A stretch of DNA of 51,492 bases from a virus (Duplodnaviria > Caudoviricetes), in IMG/VR virus record IMGVR_UViG_3300032163_000020, positions 1 through 51,492 of that record, one strand, 5' to 3'. How positions within the stretch are numbered: the stretch's first letter is position 1; each line of letters starts with the position of its first letter. The notes below the pieces were generated by a model, which did not search any database, had not been told where the DNA came from, and was given only the letters and a program-made list of their open reading frames with translations. Of this stretch, positions 38,621-46,131 are shown piece after piece. The translations under genes and the position numbers were made by a program.

Positions 38621-39624
38621 TGAAAATAATTCGTCATCTTAAAGTTCCTACAGGCGATATTCTCGTTGTGGAGGGCGAACGAGGGAAGTTAGAAATGCTT
38701 TCCCTTGGAGATTACGGCAAAGATGTGAACGTAAAATGTGACTGTATGGGCCTTACGCGAGAGATTGGAAAGGTTGACCATTGTGACCTTTTGCCTCTCG
38801 ATGAAAAATGGGTCATAACAATCAGCACTCAATATGGCTGTTCGATGGGGTGCAAGTTTTGTGATGTCCCAAAGGTCGGTTATGGTAAGAATGCAACATT
38901 CAATGATCTTATAAGGCAAGTTCTGACTGGGATTAAACTTCATCCCGAAATACAATCAACGAAACGTCTTAATATTCACTATGCTCGCATGGGAGAGCCA
39001 ACATGGAATCCTAACATACTTGATGCAACAAAATGGTTCAAAACACATATAGATCCTGAGTATAAGATACATCCTGTTGTTTCGACTATGATGCCAAAAC
39101 GTAACGAATGGCTAAAGACGTTTATGCATACATGGATGAGAATAAAAAACAGGCTTCTTCAAGGTGAGGCCGGATTACAAATAAGTGTGAATAGCACAGA
39201 CGAGGGCGAACGGTCTGATATGTTTAATAATAATTGTCATACACTCGAAAGTATAGGCAGAATCATGGAGGGAATTGCCCCCGCCGGACGAAAAATTACA
39301 TTAAATTTCGCGCTTGCTGGATACGAAATTGATCCAGTAAAACTACTTAAATACTTTGACCCTGATGACTATATCATAAAACTCACACCGATGCATAAGA
39401 CAACGCAGGCACTTTCAAACGGTATAGAAACGGTAGGCGACTATACCACATTTACGCCATACCGTGAAGATGAACTACGGCTAAAAGGTGCAGGTTATGA
39501 TGTTCTTGTTTTTATTGCTTCAGAGTATGAAGACCTTGGAAGGATAACTTGTGGCAATGCAATACTTTCAGGTTCAATGCCACTCTGCCCATATTCGGAA
39601 ATTAACAAGGAGGTAAAACCATGA
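38620..39624 (+). CDS. RlmN/Cfr-like radical SAM enzyme
   Basis: ISTQYGCSMGCKFC (CxxxCxxC), MGEP, LQISVNSTDEGER, RKITLNF, KLTP and C-terminal TCGN. Confidence 0.85.
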   Translation: MKIIRHLKVPTGDILVVEGERGKLEMLSLGDYGKDVNVKCDCMGLTREIGKVDHCDLLPLDEKWVITISTQYGCSMGCKFCDVPKVGYGKNATFNDLIRQVLTGIKLHPEIQSTKRLNIHYARMGEPTWNPNILDATKWFKTHIDPEYKIHPVVSTMMPKRNEWLKTFMHTWMRIKNRLLQGEAGLQISVNSTDEGERSDMFNNNCHTLESIGRIMEGIAPAGRKITLNFALAGYEIDPVKLLKYFDPDDYIIKLTPMHKTTQALSNGIETVGDYTTFTPYREDELRLKGAGYDVLVFIASEYEDLGRITCGNAILSGSMPLCPYSEINKEVKP

Positions 39625-39992
39625 CATTGGGAGATCAGATTGCGGAGATAATTGATGAACTGTTAGATGATAGGACGGATTTAGTCCAAATTAACTGTGG
39701 CACTAAAGTTCAGAATTATAGAGATATAGCAACAAAGCAGAGGACAAATGCAATTAATCAGATTCTTGCCCTTCTCCCCTCTCTAAAGGGGTTCGTAAAG
39801 ATGGTAAAGTGTCCGAATTTAGGTAATGGAATGCCTAATGGCATATGTAGTTTATGTAAAGACACAGGCGAAATCTGCGTCCCTCTCGAATTGGAGGATA
39901 TGGATTGGGATGGAATATTGCAAGAAATATGGGAACGACATTATATAATAACCACCAAAACCGGCGAGGTCATAAAGAGAAAGGAGAAATAA
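39621..39992 (+). CDS. Hypothetical protein with DnaJ-type Cys-rich segment
   Basis: CPNLGNG...CSLCKDTG, GGAGG RBS. Confidence 0.55.
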   Translation: MTLGDQIAEIIDELLDDRTDLVQINCGTKVQNYRDIATKQRTNAINQILALLPSLKGFVKMVKCPNLGNGMPNGICSLCKDTGEICVPLELEDMDWDGILQEIWERHYIITTKTGEVIKRKEK

Positions 39993-40246
39993 TGTTCTGG
40001 TCAATATCTGAAGGGGTAAAATTAATAGCGAAGCAAATGGTAGAGCATCCCGAAGAATGGCAGCAATCTCAATATGAGTTTTGGAATAAAAGTAATCCTG
40101 ACATCCGCATATGGGTAGCTAATGGAACAAGTTTTATTACAATGAATAACAACTCTATATTTACATTGGCTGAGAAATATTGTCTTGCTAATGCAATCAA
40201 GAAATCTATAGGGTTGAGGTTGGGGAAGGAGTCCCCACCACGCTAA
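39992..40246 (+). CDS. Hypothetical protein
   Basis: Likely start MFWS at 39992 (TAATG overlap, AAGGAG RBS). Confidence 0.55.
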   Translation: MFWSISEGVKLIAKQMVEHPEEWQQSQYEFWNKSNPDIRIWVANGTSFITMNNNSIFTLAEKYCLANAIKKSIGLRLGKESPPR

Positions 40247-40333
40247 CCGTTCACGGCTTGAGCATTCAGCACAATAAATAAAAGATGAAACATACAATTT
40301 TGTCCAAAACCGACCAAAATCGTCTAATTTTGT

Positions 40334-40362
40334 TTGACAACCGACACGCGCTATGTTATACT
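40334..40362 (+). promoter_or_regulatory. Near-consensus sigma70 promoter for the replication operon
   Basis: TTGACA-17 nt-TATACT with TG extended -10. Confidence 0.85.
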
Positions 40363-40470
40363 ACATATACGCTTAAAGAGTGGTAATTACGAGAGGAGAG
40401 AAACAATGAACCTATCTATAAAACTCTCCATGAATTTATCAACCCACCAAAGAAAGGAGGTGAAATACAC

Positions 40471-40845
40471 ATGAAGATCGAAAAACTTAATTACTCCATC
40501 AAAACTGGAGAGAAAGACGAAGAGGGCAACGACATATTCACAAAGCACAGCGTTGACTTTAACATCCCTGTTGATCTCGACGAGATGTCGCAGGTATGGG
40601 GCGCGAATGTAGCATACGAGAAAGCAATGGCAACTATCATAATCGACGCCAGACGCCTTTGCTACAAAGCCAAGGACAATGCTGAAGCTCAGGACTTAGT
40701 GTCTAAATGGATTCCTGGCGTTTCCACTGGTAGAAGCGGCATGACCAAGAAGGAGCTCGTTGACCTGTTGGGTGACATGAGTGAGGAAGAGATTACAGCG
40801 TTGAAGGAAATGGCGAAGCAGAGAAGGGAAGCACAGCCGGCATAA
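40471..40845 (+). CDS. Hypothetical protein (related to 34411..34812)
   Basis: 124 aa, perfect AAGGAGGTGA RBS. Confidence 0.75.
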   Translation: MKIEKLNYSIKTGEKDEEGNDIFTKHSVDFNIPVDLDEMSQVWGANVAYEKAMATIIIDARRLCYKAKDNAEAQDLVSKWIPGVSTGRSGMTKKELVDLLGDMSEEEITALKEMAKQRREAQPA

Positions 40846-40920
40846 CTTACATCAACAAGAGGTTTATGGTGACTGTATACTGGAACCATAATTTCACCCT
40901 TTAAGAATGGAGATAAAACA

Positions 40921-41811
40921 ATGAACTTTCTCAAACTTAATCAAATCAAAAATAAACCTTGGATCGACTATTCCAGTCTATCCACGTACATGACCTGCCC
41001 GCGGAAGTACTGGTGGCGCTCCATCCAGCACATCACCACCGCCACTGACCACCCCGCTCTTACCAATGGGAAGGCTTACCATGCTGCCATCGCCGACTAC
41101 CACCGCGCACGACTTGCTGGTGCTTCGTTCAATGATGCCGTAGAGAAAGGTATCGCCGCCGCTATCCCCATCATGCAAGAGATTAAGGTTGAAGATAACA
41201 AGCGCAACGCGACTGTAGCCGAATCCTGCTTACGCAACTACTTTGTGCGGTGGAACGATGATGTGAGTACCATCCTCCATGTTGAAGTAGGGGGTGCAGT
41301 TGACCTCGGCGACTTCCTCTACGTTGGATTAATTGACGCTATTAAAGATACTCCTTATGGCATCGGCATCAATGAGACTAAGACTACCACAATTGTTGGC
41401 GACCGTTGGCAACTGCGAGGCAAGCCTAACATACAAATTGAAGGGTATATGTTTATGGCATCTGTCTTGTTAGGCAAAGATGTTTTAAGTGGAACGCTCG
41501 ACGTAATTCCTATCCATGAAGATCCCAAGAAACGCAAAGACCCGTTTCGCATCCCAACCACCCGCACCCATGAGGAGCTTGCTGGATGGCATCGTAACGT
41601 CGCGCATTGGTTTGCTAAAATAGAGCAGGATAAGCACGACAACTTCTTCAGCATGGACACTAATCAATGTGTGCCGCTTATTGGAAGTGATTGCCCTTAC
41701 CACATTGTGTGCAAACTCTATGAAAACCCCCATGGCAGGAGCGACATCCAAGTCCCTGGCGAGTATGTAATCAGACCTTGGTTGCCTTTGGACAGCCTTA
41801 TATCAGCATAA
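40921..41811 (+). CDS. PD-(D/E)XK exonuclease (Cas4/AddB-like, probable Fe-S cluster)
   Basis: YSSL...CPRKY, G..YH, VE, G.ID, ETKT, Q...Y, and three C-terminal Cys. Confidence 0.85.
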   Translation: MNFLKLNQIKNKPWIDYSSLSTYMTCPRKYWWRSIQHITTATDHPALTNGKAYHAAIADYHRARLAGASFNDAVEKGIAAAIPIMQEIKVEDNKRNATVAESCLRNYFVRWNDDVSTILHVEVGGAVDLGDFLYVGLIDAIKDTPYGIGINETKTTTIVGDRWQLRGKPNIQIEGYMFMASVLLGKDVLSGTLDVIPIHEDPKKRKDPFRIPTTRTHEELAGWHRNVAHWFAKIEQDKHDNFFSMDTNQCVPLIGSDCPYHIVCKLYENPHGRSDIQVPGEYVIRPWLPLDSLISA

Positions 41812-41824
41812 AAAGGAGTAACCT

Positions 41825-42577
41825 ATGCTCATAACCATTTGTGGAGATTACATGACTGGTAAAACAGTTAGCGCCTGCACCTTCCCTAAACCTATGAAAT
41901 ACCTCGATTATGATGGGAAGTTTCTCAGCGCCACCACTGCCAAGAATCCCGATGGCACCTTCGTAAATCCTGACTGGAAGGAAATCGAAGTTGTAGCAAT
42001 GTACGAAAGTGGAGGACAGCAAGACCTCGACTTCAAGTTCAGTCTCGACGCTAAAGCCGCACCCGCTTTCGCCAAGGACTCCTTGAAGATAAACGATAAG
42101 TTCAACGCCCAAACGAAAGAAATATTTGGAAATCCTGGCAAATACAAGACTGTTGTTGTAGACAGCCTCTCACGGATGTTTAGGGTATGGAAGAACTTAC
42201 TCATGGTAACTAACAGTATCCCTAATCCCAGACCTGGCGACTACATCTTCTTCGATGGATTACTCGACAAATGGTTTACAATGATGAAAGAGATGCCAGT
42301 GGACTTTGTAATCCTGGTATCCCACGAAGCCATTGATAAGGATGAGTTAACCGGCGAAATCAAAGAATTCCCTCTTGGCATCAGCGCTAACTTAGGCAAA
42401 GCGATGGGGCGATACACCAATGAGTTATACCGTCAGATGGTAGAACAGGATAAGCATTTATGGTACACCAAAAAGAAGGGGAGGTTCAATGCAGGTTCAT
42501 CACTGAGCCTCCCTTCCCCAATACCAGCAACCTACCACGAACTGAAGAAATATCTTCCGGCAAAGGAGGTAAAGTAG
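41825..42577 (+). CDS. P-loop ATPase, Sak4/AAA_24-like recombinase
   Basis: GDYMTGKT, TVVVDSLS and ILVSHE. Lies between the nuclease and SSB genes. Confidence 0.75.
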   Translation: MLITICGDYMTGKTVSACTFPKPMKYLDYDGKFLSATTAKNPDGTFVNPDWKEIEVVAMYESGGQQDLDFKFSLDAKAAPAFAKDSLKINDKFNAQTKEIFGNPGKYKTVVVDSLSRMFRVWKNLLMVTNSIPNPRPGDYIFFDGLLDKWFTMMKEMPVDFVILVSHEAIDKDELTGEIKEFPLGISANLGKAMGRYTNELYRQMVEQDKHLWYTKKKGRFNAGSSLSLPSPIPATYHELKKYLPAKEVK

Positions 42578-42753
42578 TGCAAAGAACCGGTGTTGTATTA
42601 CAAGCTATAGGTCAAGTAGGAAGTCATAAAACAACAATCTTAAACATATGCAGAAAAGCACTATCAAAAAGTGGGTATACAATAAGTGAAGGAATACCAA
42701 TCTCTATAGTGATTGAGCAAATATATGTTGAAGAGAAGGAGGTGAAATGGTAG
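42577..42753 (+). CDS. Small hypothetical protein
   Basis: GTG start overlapping the upstream stop, with AGGAGG RBS. Confidence 0.45.
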   Translation: MQRTGVVLQAIGQVGSHKTTILNICRKALSKSGYTISEGIPISIVIEQIYVEEKEVKW

Positions 42754-42890
42754 TCAAGGAGATCACTGTTGGTAAGACATTCAATACAGGGAACTATACA
42801 TCAGTCAGATTTGATGCAACTGTTTCCATCGAACCAGACGATAATATTGAAGACGAAGTTAAAGAATTATCTGATGATATAGACTTCTAG
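42747..42890 (+). CDS. Small GNY-motif phage protein (not in ORF track)
   Basis: MVVKEITVGKTFNTGNYTSVRFDATVS..., AAGGAGGTG RBS. Confidence 0.6.
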   Translation: MVVKEITVGKTFNTGNYTSVRFDATVSIEPDDNIEDEVKELSDDIDF

Positions 42891-42945
42891 TTTCAACAGA
42901 AAATAACCAAGCCAGCATAGCTGGCGCAAAAAGGAGGAGTACATT

Positions 42946-43353
42946 ATGCCGAGATTCGATGTGGACCTCACGCAGGTCGATGTAATCAGTGGAGAAGTTG
43001 AAGGTGTCGTGCAGAAACTTGAGTACCAGATTAGAACAGGAGAGAAATGGAACAACGCTGGCACATCAACAGTTGAGAAGGAAGTATGGGAGAATCATGC
43101 CGACGGAGCCACCGCTCGCTTGCACTTTACCATCGCAGTTCCTGGTAAAGGCAACCTATTCCATGAGCTCTATTTCAGCGACAAGGCTATGCCTATGACC
43201 AAACGTGTATTGAAACAGATGGGCGTCAACTTCACCCCTACAGGCTACAATCCTGATGATGCTTTGAATGCTCATGTCGGCATGACCGTCGCTATCGAGG
43301 AACAGGCAGGGTATGACCCCAGATCAAACATAGTGAAGTTTTATAAGGCATAG
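42946..43353 (+). CDS. Putative single-stranded DNA-binding protein (DUF669-like)
   Basis: F.VDLT.V N-terminus, L..MG and EE..Y..RS.IVKF C-terminus. Follows the Sak4-like gene. Confidence 0.6.
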   Translation: MPRFDVDLTQVDVISGEVEGVVQKLEYQIRTGEKWNNAGTSTVEKEVWENHADGATARLHFTIAVPGKGNLFHELYFSDKAMPMTKRVLKQMGVNFTPTGYNPDDALNAHVGMTVAIEEQAGYDPRSNIVKFYKA

Positions 43354-43355
43354 CT

Positions 43356-43499
43356 ATGGAAAGAATCACAGAGGTAGAAATAAAGATAGCATGTTTAAAT
43401 AAAGCCTGTGATATTGCTGTAGTAAGACCAAAAGTAAGCATAATGAAGTTAGCCCAAATAATGTATGATTGGGTGAAAGCAAAGTCTAACAAAGCGTAA
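43356..43499 (+). CDS. Small hypothetical protein (47 aa)
   Basis: MERITEVEIKIACLNKAC...AQIMYDWV, manual translation. Confidence 0.5.
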   Translation: MERITEVEIKIACLNKACDIAVVRPKVSIMKLAQIMYDWVKAKSNKA

Positions 43500-43509
43500 C
43501 TGTGTGTAT

Positions 43510-43592
43510 AAGCCCACCACCCACTTCGGTAAAGGGTATCATTGCCCTTCTCCAAGTTCTTGGGTGACACCGATATACCCAAGGGTGGGCTT
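43510..43592 (+). ncRNA. Candidate structured intergenic RNA
   Basis: AAGCCCACC/GGTGGGCTT closing stem with nested GGGTATC/GAT(AT)ACCC and TGCCC/GGGTG stems. Confidence 0.4.
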
Positions 43593-43617
43593 AAATAAAA
43601 GAAAGGAGAAAGAAAAA

Positions 43618-44004
43618 ATGCCCATAGACGACACCGAGTTCCAGAAACAATTAGACATCCTTAGAACTCTCATAGAACCTATCTCTAAAGATGCCTTACC
43701 TAACGACAGTTTTGTAGATAAAACACATTGCGGCAACCTCTACACCCACATCGTATACGAAGACAAGGAGAAAACCAAGATCATCAAAGTCCTCGCCGAC
43801 CTTGGTAAGAGCGGAACATGTGCCAACGCACATCTTAACGAGTTATGCGAACTTTTAACAGGCTTATTCTTATATGTGCCAAGCAAGAATGACCGTTACA
43901 AGGTGTTTATTATGGCCGCTGGGCATAGCTGTGGCCCAGGCACCACTTGTTTCGATGTGATGCTTAGACGCTTGATGACCATCGACACCAGAGTGAAAGG
44001 ATAA
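43618..44004 (+). CDS. Stand-alone TSCPD-like domain protein (class II ribonucleotide reductase C-terminal domain)
   Basis: THCGNLY, GKSGTC, L..L, GHSC...TCFD pattern. AAGGAG RBS before MPID. Confidence 0.7.
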   Translation: MPIDDTEFQKQLDILRTLIEPISKDALPNDSFVDKTHCGNLYTHIVYEDKEKTKIIKVLADLGKSGTCANAHLNELCELLTGLFLYVPSKNDRYKVFIMAAGHSCGPGTTCFDVMLRRLMTIDTRVKG

Positions 44005-44014
44005 GGAGGTGTAA

Positions 44015-44200
44015 GTGCCCAACAGTAAAGAAGTTCATCCCATCCACATTGCAGTTCCTATAGAATTGTGGATCGCGTTCAAGAAGATAGTCCCTGAGTC
44101 AGGCGTCACATCCATCATCATCCGCCGCCTCCTTCGGGATTATGTTAATGCCATCAATAATGGTAGAAGTACAATCGAAGTTACGAAAATAGTAGTATAG
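44015..44200 (+). CDS. Ribbon-helix-helix DNA-binding protein
   Basis: IHIAVP.ELW..FK...S.IIR.LLRDYV, AAGGAGGT RBS. Confidence 0.7.
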   Translation: MPNSKEVHPIHIAVPIELWIAFKKIVPESGVTSIIIRRLLRDYVNAINNGRSTIEVTKIVV

Positions 44201-44210
44201 GAGATAGACA

Positions 44211-44504
44211 ATGATACTTACAGACTTATTAGAAACCCCCAACGCTGACCTCACCGATGAGGAAGTGGAACGCAAAATCAACGTCCTACGCAAGCTCCGA
44301 GTCTTTCAAACCGAAGAAATTGAAACTGAAGATGGCATCGATGAAGATGGAGAACCTATCATTCGCACCACCAAGGTTCATAAAGCTAAAGCCATCAAAA
44401 GTAATAAAAGTAAACGTATCAACGACCTTCTCACTGGAATGAGCGAGCAAGACAAGGCAGATTTCATGAAACTCCTCGCCGAAAGGAAGGCCGCCGGTGG
44501 ATAA
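44211..44504 (+). CDS. Hypothetical protein
   Basis: 97 aa, LTDEE...LR N-terminus and helical C-terminus. Confidence 0.65.
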   Translation: MILTDLLETPNADLTDEEVERKINVLRKLRVFQTEEIETEDGIDEDGEPIIRTTKVHKAKAIKSNKSKRINDLLTGMSEQDKADFMKLLAERKAAGG

Positions 44505-45792
44505 GAAACTCATACATTCAATAGAAATCAGTACTATTATCATCGGCAACCGTCAGCGTAAGAAGCTCGGTAACATCGAGGAATTTGCTGACTCCATCAA
44601 GCACCATGGGCAGATATATCCTATCATTCTCACCGAGGATAACAAACTCGTCGCTGGCGAGCGTCGTCTTCGCGCCTGCCTCCATCTCAAACTTACTCAT
44701 ATTGATGCCATATACCGCAAGTACGCTGAACTTGACTCCTTCATCATCGAAGCAATCGAAAACATCGACAGGAAAGCCTTAGAGTGGGAAGAGGAAGTCA
44801 AGATCACCGAGGAACTTCACAAAATGCTTATCCTTAAATATGGCGATAGATGGAGTGGGCGCAAGACTGCGGAGAAAATAAAAATGTCCCTTGGTGGTGT
44901 CAGCACCAATCTCCAACTCGCTAAGGCACTTGACGAAGCCCCTGACATATTCGAGAAATGCCGTACAAAAGAACAAGCCCTCAAAGCATTAAAAAAGTAC
45001 AAACTTGATGAAGCAATGGCGGAGTTGGCGTTGCGTAACAGCAAGAAAAAATATGGCCTTAAAGCCAAGCAATATCTTCTCAACGGTAACAGTCTCGACC
45101 TAATTAAGCAAATTCCTGACGCATCTATAAATGTCCTTCTCACCGATCCACCTTATGGCATAAACTTAAGCGATACTATGTTCCACAGTACCCGTGATAT
45201 GCCCAGTGAAAATAAAGATCACTATGAAGATTCAACTGAATATTTCAAAGACCTTATTGAAGCCCTTATCCCTGACCTTAATCGCATCCTTAAACCTGAT
45301 TCTGCTGTATGTATATTCTGCGCTTACGAGCATAGTAAATGGCTCGCAGACCAGTTCCGCACGATTGGTTATGCCATGGATGTCCTGCCAGGAATCTGGG
45401 TTAAACACAATGCAGGGCGGTGTAATGTACCTGAAAAATATTTCAACCGTGGCTATGAGTATTTCGTCTATGGCACTCGTGGGATGTTTACTCTCGCTAA
45501 ACTTGGCACGAACAATGTCATCCAGTGTACTAACATCAACACAATGGATCGTATCCATCCATCAGAGAAACCGCTTGAGTTAATGGAAGAACTTCTATCA
45601 AGATTTTGCCTTCCTGGTCATACCACCCTTGACCCATTCGCAGGCTCTTGCTCATCTGTGGTGGCATCGATCAAGCGAGGTTGCATCCCCATCAGTTTTG
45701 AACTCGATCCTAAGTTTTACAACAACGGCTTACAGCGCATCGCTAAAGCATTAGAAATGAAAGATGAAGGGAAGATGCAGGTGATACAATGA
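44497..45792 (+). CDS. ParB/Srx-like domain fused to an N4/N6 DNA methyltransferase
   Basis: N-terminal RQR...PIIL...LVAGERRLRA...EN..R. C-terminal TDPPYG, HPSEKP and LDPFAGS (beta-class motif order). Confidence 0.9.
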   Translation: MDKKLIHSIEISTIIIGNRQRKKLGNIEEFADSIKHHGQIYPIILTEDNKLVAGERRLRACLHLKLTHIDAIYRKYAELDSFIIEAIENIDRKALEWEEEVKITEELHKMLILKYGDRWSGRKTAEKIKMSLGGVSTNLQLAKALDEAPDIFEKCRTKEQALKALKKYKLDEAMAELALRNSKKKYGLKAKQYLLNGNSLDLIKQIPDASINVLLTDPPYGINLSDTMFHSTRDMPSENKDHYEDSTEYFKDLIEALIPDLNRILKPDSAVCIFCAYEHSKWLADQFRTIGYAMDVLPGIWVKHNAGRCNVPEKYFNRGYEYFVYGTRGMFTLAKLGTNNVIQCTNINTMDRIHPSEKPLELMEELLSRFCLPGHTTLDPFAGSCSSVVASIKRGCIPISFELDPKFYNNGLQRIAKALEMKDEGKMQVIQ

Positions 45793-45950
45793 TGCAAACT
45801 TGTGAAATATTAGTATTAATAGGTGTTGGGGCTATTGGAGGCATGCTTTCTTCTTGTATGGCAAGAACTATAGGTAGTAAACAAACCCTTATAATATGGG
45901 GTGTTGGACTTTTAGTAGTATCTATATGTGCTTATTTTATAATAGAATGA
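45789..45950 (+). CDS. Small two-TM membrane protein (not in ORF track)
   Basis: MMQTCEILVLIGVGAIGGML...IIWGVGLLVVSICAYFIIE. Confidence 0.5.
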   Translation: MMQTCEILVLIGVGAIGGMLSSCMARTIGSKQTLIIWGVGLLVVSICAYFIIE

Positions 45951-45990
45951 CCGTTCAAGTTGTGATCGTCCATAAGTAAAGGAGAACCCA

Positions 45991-46131
45991 ATGAATCAAT
46001 GCCCAATATTTAATTTTAATGAAGTATTATTTAGCACCTGCAAAATGTGCTGCTTCCATGGCTCTATAGAAGGCAACCATTACATATGTTTATTCAAATA
46101 TAATGATAGTATAGAAGAACAAATATGGTAG
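45991..46131 (+). CDS. Small Cys-rich protein
   Basis: MNQCP...CKMCCFH...C, AAGGAG RBS. Confidence 0.5.
   Translation: MNQCPIFNFNEVLFSTCKMCCFHGSIEGNHYICLFKYNDSIEEQIW

Noticed and set aside
38620-39624. Calling this an antibiotic-resistance cfr gene
   Set aside because: It is too divergent, lacking the first catalytic Cys and the N-terminal domain, so resistance cannot be supported from sequence.
40921-41811. Cas4 as evidence of a CRISPR system
   Set aside because: Its context (Sak4-like ATPase, SSB) indicates a recombination exonuclease, and no array or other cas genes were seen.
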